DNA from: Xylanibacter ruminicola 23
GTDB taxonomy: Bacteria > Bacteroidota > Bacteroidia > Bacteroidales > Bacteroidaceae
Length of the DNA: 32,000 bases
Assembly (NCBI RefSeq): GCF_000025925.1
Contig: NC_014033.1
Coordinates: 2,730,001-2,762,000, forward strand
Direction of reading: 5' to 3'
Shown here: positions 15,050 to 23,003 of the stretch, in pieces
Layout of the letters: every line of letters begins with the position of its first letter
Numbering within the stretch: the stretch's first letter is position 1
Notes under the pieces: generated by a model
Told to the model about the DNA's origin: nothing
Seen by the model: only the letters and a program-made list of their open reading frames with translations
The model's database searches: none
Translations under genes and position numbers: made by a program

Positions 15050-16648
15050 ATGAAGACAATGATATATTCAGTATTCGCACTCATGCTGTCAGCCTCTGCG
15101 CTGACGGCGTGCAGCGATGACGAGTTCAGCGGCGACCCCGCTAAGGACTGGAACGGCACAACCACATTCTTCGCTTCGACTGATGCTGCCGGCTTTGGCA
15201 CCTATTACACACCTTCAGTGGGACGCGTAGGCGACCCTATGCCATTCTACGATCAGAAGGCTGGCGACTTCAAGGTACTCTACCTGCAGGAGTTTACTAA
15301 CAACATGCCCTATCGCTTCCACCCCATTTGGGCTGTTTCTACCAAGGATGGTGCCAACTACGAGTCGATGGGCGAGCTGATTCCATTCGGAGCCAACGAC
15401 TACCAGCAAGATGCTGCCTTAGGAACAGGTTGCGCCTATGAGAAGGACGGCACATATTACATCTATTATACTGGTCATAACGGCAACTGCAAAAACCGCG
15501 AAGTTGTTATGCGAGCTACATCTACCGACTTCAAGACATGGACTAAGGATGAGCTTTGGGCACTGAATGGTCCTGACTTCGGTTACTCAAGCAATGACTT
15601 CCGCGACCCACAGATTTTCGTAGCCGACGACAACCTCTACCACATGGTTATCTCTACCTATCCCAATGGTGGTGGCGACCCCTGTTTTGCAGAGTTCAAG
15701 TCGAGCGACCTGAAGAACTGGGAGCATGTAGGTCGTATCCGTATGATCTGGGATCGCATGTTGGAGTGTCCTGACATCTTCAAGATGGGCAACTACTGGT
15801 ACATCGTGTTCAGCGAGAGCTATCGCGCCAGCTGGAGCCGTAAGGTGAAATACATGGTAGCCTCAACCTACGAGGAGCTGAAGAGTTGTTTGAACGACGG
15901 ACCAAAGTGGGCTCCTGACGGACACGAGGGTGTGCTCGACAGCCGTTCGCTCTATGCCGCCAAGACTGCTTCTAACGGCACAGACCGTTACATCTGGGGA
16001 TGGTGCCCATTCCGTTCTGGTAGCGATATTCACGAGAAGAACACCAACGTAGGTGCTGGCGACGGCAACGAGCCTAACTGGAGTGGTGCACTGGTTTGTC
16101 ACAAGATTATCCAGCACAGCGATGGTACACTTACTCTGGGTGCTGTGCCTGCAATGGCTGCCAAGTACAATCAGACTGTTAATGCTACAGTGATGGAATC
16201 GAATGGCTACAACAGTGGTTCACTGAGCGGCGATGGAGCATACGTACTCTACAACCGTCTGGGCACATCCAACCACATCTCGTTCACCGTAAAGACTTCT
16301 AACGTCTGGGATAAGTTTGGTGTATCGTTCGTACGTGGCACAGATTCTAAGAAGTACTACACCATCGTAGTGAACCCCGAGGACGATAACCACCGCAAGC
16401 TCAATTTCGAGCAGGAAGGCGAAGAAGGCAAGGGCTTCATCGAGGCCGCTGATGGCTACTGGTTCGAGCGTCCCGCCGACAACACCTACAACATCGACAT
16501 CTACACAGACAACAGCGTCCTGACACTTTACATTAACGATGTATGTGCCTACACCCAGCGCATCTACGGCATCCAGAAGAACTGCTGGAGCATCAACAAC
16601 TACGGCGGCTCAATCACAGTTAGCGATGTGAAGGTAAGCCAGCAATAA
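15050..16648 (+). CDS. glycoside hydrolase family 32, surface lipoprotein (candidate endo-fructanase) with a C-terminal beta-sandwich
   Basis: The lipobox is LTAC followed by SDDE. Three GH32 catalytic blocks are present: a divergent nucleophile block VGDPMPFYD...FKVLYLQ, the RDP block FRDPQIF, and the EC block LECPDIF. Confidence 0.88.
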   Translation: MKTMIYSVFALMLSASALTACSDDEFSGDPAKDWNGTTTFFASTDAAGFGTYYTPSVGRVGDPMPFYDQKAGDFKVLYLQEFTNNMPYRFHPIWAVSTKDGANYESMGELIPFGANDYQQDAALGTGCAYEKDGTYYIYYTGHNGNCKNREVVMRATSTDFKTWTKDELWALNGPDFGYSSNDFRDPQIFVADDNLYHMVISTYPNGGGDPCFAEFKSSDLKNWEHVGRIRMIWDRMLECPDIFKMGNYWYIVFSESYRASWSRKVKYMVASTYEELKSCLNDGPKWAPDGHEGVLDSRSLYAAKTASNGTDRYIWGWCPFRSGSDIHEKNTNVGAGDGNEPNWSGALVCHKIIQHSDGTLTLGAVPAMAAKYNQTVNATVMESNGYNSGSLSGDGAYVLYNRLGTSNHISFTVKTSNVWDKFGVSFVRGTDSKKYYTIVVNPEDDNHRKLNFEQEGEEGKGFIEAADGYWFERPADNTYNIDIYTDNSVLTLYINDVCAYTQRIYGIQKNCWSINNYGGSITVSDVKVSQQ

Positions 16649-16711
16649 AATCTAGCAAATGGTTAAATGTTAGTTAGTAATAAGGTAATAGATTGGTTTT
16701 GAGTAACAACG

Positions 16712-16740
16712 GTGCGGCTCATGAGAGTCGCACTTTTTTT
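16712..16740 (+). terminator. intrinsic terminator after the first GH32; it splits the locus into two transcription units
   Basis: GTGCGGCTC-ATGA-GAGTCGCAC forms a 9-bp stem with one G.U pair, followed by T7. Confidence 0.8.
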
Positions 16741-16754
16741 ATTAAGTGTAGTAT

Positions 16755-16799
16755 TTGCAAAGTACCTAGAAAACAATTGCACGCCAGGTACTTTGCAAT
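16755..16799. repeat. perfect 13-bp inverted repeat with a 19-nt spacer
   Basis: TTGCAAAGTACCT (16755-16767) is the exact reverse complement of AGGTACTTTGCAA (16787-16799). Confidence 0.9.
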
Positions 16800-16832
16800 T
16801 GAAAAGTAGTTAGAGAATTAAACCTTTCAATT

Positions 16833-16869
16833 ATCGTTCATTGCATATAAATTTGTTGCAATGAACGAT
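16833..16869. promoter_or_regulatory. candidate operator: perfect 13-bp inverted repeat ATCGTTCATTGCA-N11-TGCAATGAACGAT bracketing a TAAATTTG box
   Basis: The arms at 16833-16845 and 16857-16869 are exact reverse complements. The spacer contains TAAATTTG (16848-16855). The half-sites are shared with 8560-8617. Confidence 0.55.
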
Positions 16870-16919
16870 TTTTCTTAAGAAATGAAACATTATTTATAGG
16901 ATATACACGCGATTTGACT

Positions 16920-16927
16920 TAACTTTG
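16920..16927 (+). promoter_or_regulatory. -7 promoter box TAACTTTG for the GH32/MFS/fructokinase operon
   Basis: TAnnTTTG+CA match, 31 nt before the ATG at 16958. The alternative box at 16848-16855 is noted in the previous entry. Confidence 0.5.
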
Positions 16928-16957
16928 CAGCAGAAATCTAAAATCGTACAACAAAAA

Positions 16958-18628
16958 ATGAATAGCAAAATGAGAAAAACGGTAATGATGATGGTGACAG
17001 CCGTGCTTACCTCTGCATCGGCAATGGCGCAGGTAACGCCTATGGTGCTGGGCGAGAAGCATGCCATGCTACGAGTGGAACAACCAAGCAAATACTTGCT
17101 GCTGCCCGTACAGGAAACTGAGGACATTGCAGCAATAGCTGTGGTAAACGGGAAGAACGAGATGGTGCAGCGCATCAATGTGAAGTTGGCAGTAGACCGC
17201 GTAGACTATTATGTGCCCTATGAACTGAAAGATGCCCAGCTGCTCGACATCGAGTTTCATGGCGACCGCCGTCTGAAAGGTGCCGTAGGCGAGTTCGCCT
17301 GTTGGAAGGAAATCAAATACTCCGATACATATGACACCACAAACCGTGAGCATTTCCGCCCCGTATATCATCACACCCCAGCTTATGGTTGGATGAATGA
17401 CCCGAATGGTATGTTCTACAAAGATGGTGTTTGGCATCTCTTCTATCAGTACAACCCTTATGGTTCACAATGGGAGAACATGCACTGGGGCCACTCTACG
17501 TCGAAAGACCTGGTGCATTGGGAAGCACAGCCACAGACATTCGAGCCCGACTGGTTGGGTAGCATCTTCAGTGGCTCATGTATCACCAACGGAGATGATG
17601 TAGTAGCCTTCTACACCTCAGCCGGTCACCACCAGACACAGTCGATGGCCATATCAAAAGACGGTGGAATGACATTCAAGAAATATGAAGGAAACCCTAT
17701 ACTGACCAGCGACAAGCCCGACTTCCGCGACCCCAATGTGTTCTGGTTTGAGGGCACCAAGCGCTGGGTGATGATCCTGGCAGTGGGTCAGGAGATGCAG
17801 CTCTACTCGTCAGAGAACCTAAAAGACTGGAAATACGAGTCAGCTTTCGGTCAGGAGTATGGCAATCACGGTGGCGTTTGGGAGTGCCCAGACCTGATGA
17901 AAATCGACAACAAGTGGGTGCTTATCTGCAACATCAATCCTGGCGGCCCATTCGGAGGTAGTGCTACACAGTACTTTGTGGGACAGTTCGACGGACATAA
18001 GTTTACCTGCGAGTCGATGCCAAAGGTGACCAAGTGGATGGATTATGGTAAGGATCACTACGCTACCGTATCATTCTATAACGCACCCGAGAACCGCCAT
18101 GTGGTGCTGGCGTGGATGAGCAACTGGCAGTACGCCAACCAGGTGCCAACCAAGCAGTATCGCTCGGGCAACAGTATACCTCGCGACCTGGGACTGTTTA
18201 ACTTTGGCGAGGAGACATACGTAAGCGTAGTACCATCGAAGGAGATGCTGGCTATGCGTGGCGCCAAAGTGAGGAAGCCTACTGAGGCTTGCGAGATAGT
18301 AGTGGACGTGAAGAATCAGGCGGAGATTGTGCTCTCGAACTCAAAGGGCGAAGAGGTTGTGATGGTTTACGACGGACAGCGCCAGAGCTTCAGCATGGAC
18401 CGCACAAAGAGTGGCGACGTGAGCTTCAGCGAAGCATTCGCATGCACAACTATCGCGCCCACCTATGGACATATCAAACAGCTGCGATTGTTTATCGACC
18501 GCTGTTCTATCGAGGCCTTCGATGCAGAAGGAAAGATGGCAATGACAAACCTGGTATTCCCATCAGAACCTTATAATAACATAAAGGTGAAGGGCGGAAA
18601 GGCGACCATATATGAGATTAAGAAGTAA
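16958..18628 (+). CDS. glycoside hydrolase family 32, periplasmic (candidate exo-beta-fructosidase)
   Basis: The SPase-I type signal ends ASAMAQ. Canonical GH32 blocks are present: WMNDPNGMFY..WHLFYQYNP, FRDPNVF and WECPDL. The ATG at 16958 is preferred to the TTG at 16925, which overlaps the promoter box. Confidence 0.93.
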   Translation: MNSKMRKTVMMMVTAVLTSASAMAQVTPMVLGEKHAMLRVEQPSKYLLLPVQETEDIAAIAVVNGKNEMVQRINVKLAVDRVDYYVPYELKDAQLLDIEFHGDRRLKGAVGEFACWKEIKYSDTYDTTNREHFRPVYHHTPAYGWMNDPNGMFYKDGVWHLFYQYNPYGSQWENMHWGHSTSKDLVHWEAQPQTFEPDWLGSIFSGSCITNGDDVVAFYTSAGHHQTQSMAISKDGGMTFKKYEGNPILTSDKPDFRDPNVFWFEGTKRWVMILAVGQEMQLYSSENLKDWKYESAFGQEYGNHGGVWECPDLMKIDNKWVLICNINPGGPFGGSATQYFVGQFDGHKFTCESMPKVTKWMDYGKDHYATVSFYNAPENRHVVLAWMSNWQYANQVPTKQYRSGNSIPRDLGLFNFGEETYVSVVPSKEMLAMRGAKVRKPTEACEIVVDVKNQAEIVLSNSKGEEVVMVYDGQRQSFSMDRTKSGDVSFSEAFACTTIAPTYGHIKQLRLFIDRCSIEAFDAEGKMAMTNLVFPSEPYNNIKVKGGKATIYEIKK

Positions 18629-18658
18629 GAATTTAGAATTTAGAGAATATTTAGTAAT

Positions 18659-19810
18659 ATGAAGAAATTTGCTCTGATCCCCGTGATGTTCTGCTTTTTC
18701 GCCATGGGATTTGTCGACCTGGTGGGCATTGCATCGAACTATGTGAAGGAAGACCTGCAGTTGACAGACAGCGTGGCCAACATCTTCCCGTCGCTCGTAT
18801 TCTTCTGGTTCCTGATCTTCAGCGTACCTACGGGGATGCTGATGAACAAGATCGGACGAAAGAACACTGTACTGCTGTCGCTCGGCGTGACCATCGCATC
18901 GCTGCTATTGCCTCTGTTTGGCGAGAACTTCCCGATTATGCTCTGCGCATTCTCGCTGCTTGGTATTGGTAACGCACTGATGCAGACATCGCTTAACCCA
19001 CTGGTATCAACCGTGATGGGCGGCGGCAATCTGGCATCGACACTCACCTTCGGACAGTTTATCAAGGCCATCGCCTCGTTCTTGGCTCCATATCTGGCCA
19101 TGTGGGGCGCCACACAGGTACTGCCTTCGTTCGGCTACGACTGGCGAGTGCTGTTTATGATCTACTTCGTGGTGGGTATTCTGGCTGCAGCACTGCTGGC
19201 AGTTACGCCTATCGAAGAAGAACACACCACAGGCAACGCATCTACATTTACTGAATGCCTGAAGCTGCTAGGCACACCTATCGTACTGCTATCATTCTTT
19301 GGTATCATGTGTCACGTAGGTATCGACGTGGGCACCAACACCACAGCGCCAAAGATTCTGATGGAACGACTGGGACTGACACTTAACGACGCAGCATTTG
19401 CTACCAGTCTGTACTTCATATTCCGTACTATCGGCTGCCTGACAGGCTCTTTCTTCCTGCGAGTACTGCCTAATCGCACATTCTTCGTAATAAGCGTAGT
19501 GATGATGGCGCTATCGATGTGCGGACTCTTTATCGGCACAGAAAAATGGATTCTCTACGCAGCAATCGCACTGGTGGGCTACGGCAACTCAAATATCTTC
19601 TCTATCTGTTTTGCACAGGCACTCACAGCCATGCCACAGAAGCAGAACGAGGTGTCGGGTTTGATGATTATGGGCTTGTTTGGAGGCACGATTTTTCCAC
19701 TGCTGATGGGAATTGCCAGCGACGCCATGGGCCAGGCCGGCGCAGTAGCAGTAATGGCTGTTGGAGTGATTTATCTGTTTACCTATATTAAAAACGTAAA
19801 AAACAACTAA
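18659..19810 (+). CDS. MFS sugar transporter (FucP / glucose-galactose transporter-like), probable fructose importer
   Basis: 383 aa with about 12 hydrophobic segments. It sits between a GH32 and a fructokinase, as in Bacteroides fructan loci. Confidence 0.85.
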   Translation: MKKFALIPVMFCFFAMGFVDLVGIASNYVKEDLQLTDSVANIFPSLVFFWFLIFSVPTGMLMNKIGRKNTVLLSLGVTIASLLLPLFGENFPIMLCAFSLLGIGNALMQTSLNPLVSTVMGGGNLASTLTFGQFIKAIASFLAPYLAMWGATQVLPSFGYDWRVLFMIYFVVGILAAALLAVTPIEEEHTTGNASTFTECLKLLGTPIVLLSFFGIMCHVGIDVGTNTTAPKILMERLGLTLNDAAFATSLYFIFRTIGCLTGSFFLRVLPNRTFFVISVVMMALSMCGLFIGTEKWILYAAIALVGYGNSNIFSICFAQALTAMPQKQNEVSGLMIMGLFGGTIFPLLMGIASDAMGQAGAVAVMAVGVIYLFTYIKNVKNN

Positions 19811-19815
19811 GTATT

Positions 19816-20691
19816 ATGAAGAGATATATAGTAGGCCTCGGAGAGGCATTGTGGGACGTACTTCCCGAAGGAAAGAAACTTGGTGGCGCACCAGCCAACT
19901 TCGCTTATCATGCTGGACAATTTGGTCTGAATACTATTGCCATCAGCGCACTAGGCGAAGATGCATTGGCAGAGGAAACTATCGAGGCGCTGAAGGAGCA
20001 CAATCTGAACTACCTGATGCCCCAGGTACCCTATCCTACCGGTACGGTACAAGTGACGCTAACGGGCGACGGCATACCCACCTATGACATTAAGGAAAAC
20101 GTAGCATGGGACAATATCCCCTTTACCGACGAGATGGAGGAGATAGCCAAGAATGCACGTGCAGTTTGTTTCGGATCGCTGGCACAGCGCAACGTAGTAA
20201 GTCGTGAGAATATACGTAAGTTCCTGGATGCCACCCCTGAAGACTGTATAAAAATCTGCGACATCAACCTGCGCCAACAGTTCTACACGAAGGAGATTCT
20301 TGAGGACTCGTTCTGCATTTGTAACATTCTAAAAATCAACGACGAAGAGTTGGTAGTGGTTAACCGCATGTTCGGCTACGACGGACTGGATATGCGCGGT
20401 ACCTGCGAGAAGATAGTTCAGGACTATCAACTGAAGATGCTGGTACTAACCTGCGGCACTAACGGATCGTATGTATTTACCGACGACGGTCTGACATCGT
20501 TCCAGGATACGCCAAAGGTAGAAGTGGCCGATACAGTAGGCGCTGGCGACTCGTTTACCGGCTCGTTCTGTGCATCAATCATCAACGGGAAACCCGTACA
20601 GGAAGCCCATAAAATCGCCGTCAGAGTAAGTGCCTTTGTATGCACCCAGAACGGTGCCATGCCCGTGATTCCAGAAGAGCTGAAAAAGTAA
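19816..20691 (+). CDS. PfkB-family carbohydrate kinase, probable fructokinase
   Basis: 291 aa. The N-terminus GLGEALWDVLP..KLGGAPANFA and the C-terminal motif DTVGAGDSF are typical of the ribokinase/PfkB family. Confidence 0.9.
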   Translation: MKRYIVGLGEALWDVLPEGKKLGGAPANFAYHAGQFGLNTIAISALGEDALAEETIEALKEHNLNYLMPQVPYPTGTVQVTLTGDGIPTYDIKENVAWDNIPFTDEMEEIAKNARAVCFGSLAQRNVVSRENIRKFLDATPEDCIKICDINLRQQFYTKEILEDSFCICNILKINDEELVVVNRMFGYDGLDMRGTCEKIVQDYQLKMLVLTCGTNGSYVFTDDGLTSFQDTPKVEVADTVGAGDSFTGSFCASIINGKPVQEAHKIAVRVSAFVCTQNGAMPVIPEELKK

Positions 20692-20714
20692 ATATCCAAA
20701 ATCATAAAATGATA

Positions 20715-20753
20715 TGTCGGAGTGGCAAAAGCGCTACTCCGGCATTATTTTTT
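20715..20753 (+). terminator. intrinsic terminator after the fructokinase gene
   Basis: TGTCGGAGTGGC (20715-20726) pairs with GCTACTCCGGCA (20733-20744), a 12-bp stem with two G.U pairs, followed by TTATTTTTT. Confidence 0.8.
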
Positions 20754-20829
20754 AATTTCTTTAACCTAAAAAGAATTGTGTGCGCACAAAATATTGCTAA
20801 ATGCCACTTGTCAATTCGAGAATAATTTG

Positions 20830-20837
20830 TAACTTTG
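20830..20837 (+). promoter_or_regulatory. -7 promoter box TAACTTTG for pckA
   Basis: TAnnTTTG+CA match, 68 nt before the ATG. Confidence 0.55.
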
Positions 20838-20904
20838 CAGCGCTTTTTAAAAGTTATATATAACAAAAGGATAATATTCACAACTTAAAATAAAGATTAG
20901 TAAT

Positions 20905-22518
20905 ATGGCAAAGTTAGATTTGACTCAGTATGGCATTACAGGTTCTACCGTAATTGCACACAATCCATCGTATGAGACTCTGTTCGCAGAGGAGACAAAG
21001 GCTGGCCTCGAGGGTTTCGACAAGGGCGTAAACACCGAGCTCAACGCTGTAAACGTAATGACTGGTATCTACACCGGCCGTTCACCTAAGGATAAGTACA
21101 TCGTAAAGGATGCACAGAGCGAGGACAAGGTATGGTGGACTTCTGAGGAATATAAGAACGACAACCACCCCATGAGCGAGGAGGTTTGGAAGCAGGTTAA
21201 GGACATCGCTATCAAGGAGCTCTCTAACAAGAACCTCTATGTAGTAGATGCTTTCTGCGGTGCTAACGAGGCTACACGTCTGGCTGTTCGCTTCATCGTT
21301 GAGGTAGCATGGCAGGCACACTTCGTAACAAACATGTTCATTCAGCCTACTGCTGAGGAGCTGGAGAAGTTCGAGCCTAACTTCGTAATCTACAACGCCT
21401 CTAAGGCTAAGGTTGAGAACTACAAGGAGCTGGGTCTGAACTCAGAGACTTGTGTTGCCTTCAACACAACAAGCCGCGAGCAGTGCATCATCAACACATG
21501 GTACGGTGGTGAGATGAAGAAGGGTATGTTCTCAATGCAGAACTACTATCTGCCTCTGCAGGGTATCGCTTCAATGCACTGCTCTGCTAACACCGACATG
21601 GAGGGTAAGAACACAGCTATCTTCTTCGGTCTGTCTGGTACAGGTAAGACCACTCTGTCAACCGATCCAAAGCGTCTGCTGATTGGTGACGACGAGCACG
21701 GATGGGACGACGAGGGCGTATTCAACCTCGAGGGTGGTTGCTACGCTAAGGTTATCAACCTTGACAAGGAGAGCGAGCCCGATATCTACAATGCTATCCG
21801 TCGTAACGCTCTGCTCGAGAACGTAACTGTTGCTGAGGATGGTAAGATCGACTTCGCTGATAAGAGCGTAACTGAGAATACTCGTGTATCATATCCTATC
21901 GACCACATCGAGAAGATTGCCCAGAAGGTAAATGGTAAGAGTGCTGGTCCTGACGCTAAGAACGTTATCTTCCTGAGTGCTGATGCATTCGGCGTACTGC
22001 CCCCAGTATCTATCCTGACTCCTGAGCAGACTAAGTACTACTTCCTCTCTGGTTTCACAGCTAAGCTGGCTGGTACAGAGCGCGGTATCACTGAGCCTAC
22101 TCCAACATTCTCTGCTTGCTTCGGTCAGGCATTCCTCGAGCTGCACCCAACAAAGTATGCTGAGGAGCTGGTTAAGAAGATGGAGAAGAGCGGTGCTAAG
22201 GCATACCTCGTAAACACTGGTTGGAACGGTACTGGTAAGCGTATCTCTATCCGCGATACTCGTGGTATCATCGACGCTATCCTGGGTGGTGCCATCCTGA
22301 ACGCTCCTACCAAGAAGATCCCTTACTTCGACTTCGAGGTTCCAACACAGCTTGAGGGCGTTGACACCAACATCCTTGATCCTCGCGACACTTACGCTAA
22401 CGCTGCTGAGTGGGAGGAGAAGGCTAAGGATCTGGCTGGCCGTTTCATCAAGAACTTCAAGAAGTACGAGGGCAACGAGGCTGGTAAGGCTCTGGTAGCT
22501 GCTGGTCCAAAGCTCTAA
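20905..22518 (+). CDS. pckA: phosphoenolpyruvate carboxykinase (ATP)
   Basis: 537 aa with the kinase-1a motif [13 protein letters not shown], plus IGDDEHGW and NTGWNG blocks characteristic of ATP-dependent PEPCK. Confidence 0.97.
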   Translation: MAKLDLTQYGITGSTVIAHNPSYETLFAEETKAGLEGFDKGVNTELNAVNVMTGIYTGRSPKDKYIVKDAQSEDKVWWTSEEYKNDNHPMSEEVWKQVKDIAIKELSNKNLYVVDAFCGANEATRLAVRFIVEVAWQAHFVTNMFIQPTAEELEKFEPNFVIYNASKAKVENYKELGLNSETCVAFNTTSREQCIINTWYGGEMKKGMFSMQNYYLPLQGIASMHCSANTDMEGKNTAIFFGLSGTGKTTLSTDPKRLLIGDDEHGWDDEGVFNLEGGCYAKVINLDKESEPDIYNAIRRNALLENVTVAEDGKIDFADKSVTENTRVSYPIDHIEKIAQKVNGKSAGPDAKNVIFLSADAFGVLPPVSILTPEQTKYYFLSGFTAKLAGTERGITEPTPTFSACFGQAFLELHPTKYAEELVKKMEKSGAKAYLVNTGWNGTGKRISIRDTRGIIDAILGGAILNAPTKKIPYFDFEVPTQLEGVDTNILDPRDTYANAAEWEEKAKDLAGRFIKNFKKYEGNEAGKALVAAGPKL

Positions 22519-22547
22519 TAAGAGATTTATCACTCTAAATATCAGAA

Positions 22548-22579
22548 TTGGCTGCGCCGAAAGGCGTGGCCAATTTTTT
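22548..22579 (+). terminator. intrinsic terminator after pckA
   Basis: TTGGCTGCGCC-GAAA-GGCGTGGCCAA forms an 11-bp stem with two G.U pairs, followed by TTTTTT. Confidence 0.85.
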
Positions 22580-22652
22580 GATGTAAGTCAATAAGCGACA
22601 AAACGCCCCCCAAAATTTCAATTCTCAATTTTCAATTCTCAATTAATCTTTG

Positions 22653-22660
22653 TACCTTTG
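22653..22660 (+). promoter_or_regulatory. -7 promoter box TACCTTTG for the small-ORF transcript
   Basis: TAnnTTTG+CA, the identical octamer to the tRNA-Pro promoter. It is followed by a 7-bp hairpin, TGTAATC-GGGA-GATTACA (22665-22682). Confidence 0.5.
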
Positions 22661-22729
22661 CACTTGTAATCGGGAGATTACATGTATTTCATTAGGTTTT
22701 TTATTAGTTAGATTTTAAGGTAAAAGATT

Positions 22730-22825
22730 ATGTTATTAGATTTTCAAACAACTGTTATGTTAGTAACGGTTGGATTATCTGCCGGCCTGAGCATTTATAC
22801 GCTCATGCATACTAACATACGTTGA
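22730..22825 (+). CDS. candidate small hydrophobic protein, 31 aa (MLLDFQTTVMLVTVGLSAGLSIYTLMHTNIR)
   Basis: ATG at 22730 preceded by an A-rich stretch, and TGA at 22823-22825. One predicted TM helix. It has its own promoter box upstream and a terminator 4 nt downstream. It falls below the ORF-track size cut-off. Coding status is unproven, and the transcript could be a non-coding RNA. Confidence 0.35.
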   Translation: MLLDFQTTVMLVTVGLSAGLSIYTLMHTNIR

Positions 22826-22828
22826 ATT

Positions 22829-22864
22829 GAGTGCGGGGTGAGTGATTCATACCGCGCTCTTTTT
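22829..22864 (+). terminator. intrinsic terminator of the small-ORF transcript
   Basis: GAGTGCGG (22829-22836) pairs with CCGCGCTC (22852-22859), an 8-bp stem followed by TTTTT. Confidence 0.7.
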
Positions 22865-22960
22865 GGTATTAAAACCCTAAACTAACTTAAAATCGGTCAA
22901 ATTATGGCATATTTTCATTAATTATAAGTAGAAATGTGCTCATTTTTGCAGAAATGTGCG

Positions 22961-22968
22961 TAAATTTG
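22961..22968 (+). promoter_or_regulatory. -7 promoter box TAAATTTG for the envelope gene cluster
   Basis: TAnnTTTG+CA, 36 nt before the ATG at 23004. It lies in the second copy of a 20-bp tandem duplication (22931-22970). Confidence 0.5.
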
Positions 22969-23003
22969 CAGCCAAATTGAACAAAATAGAGATTATTGAC
23001 TCA

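Noticed and set aside
16649-16957. Search for a small ORF or riboswitch in the 310-bp mid-locus spacer
   Set aside because: No ATG-initiated ORF of meaningful length has a plausible context, and I recognise no known riboswitch consensus. The structure is better described by the terminator and the two palindromes reported above.
20692-20904. Possible sRNA or leader peptide upstream of pckA
   Set aside because: Apart from the fructokinase terminator, the palindrome and the -7 box, I found no independent promoter/terminator pair or conserved-looking ORF.
22612-22645. Tandem TTCAATTCTCAATT repeats considered as a possible CRISPR array or satellite
   Set aside because: There are only two short AT-rich copies, with no unique spacers and no cas genes. 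I treated it as part of the intergenic AT-rich word class instead.
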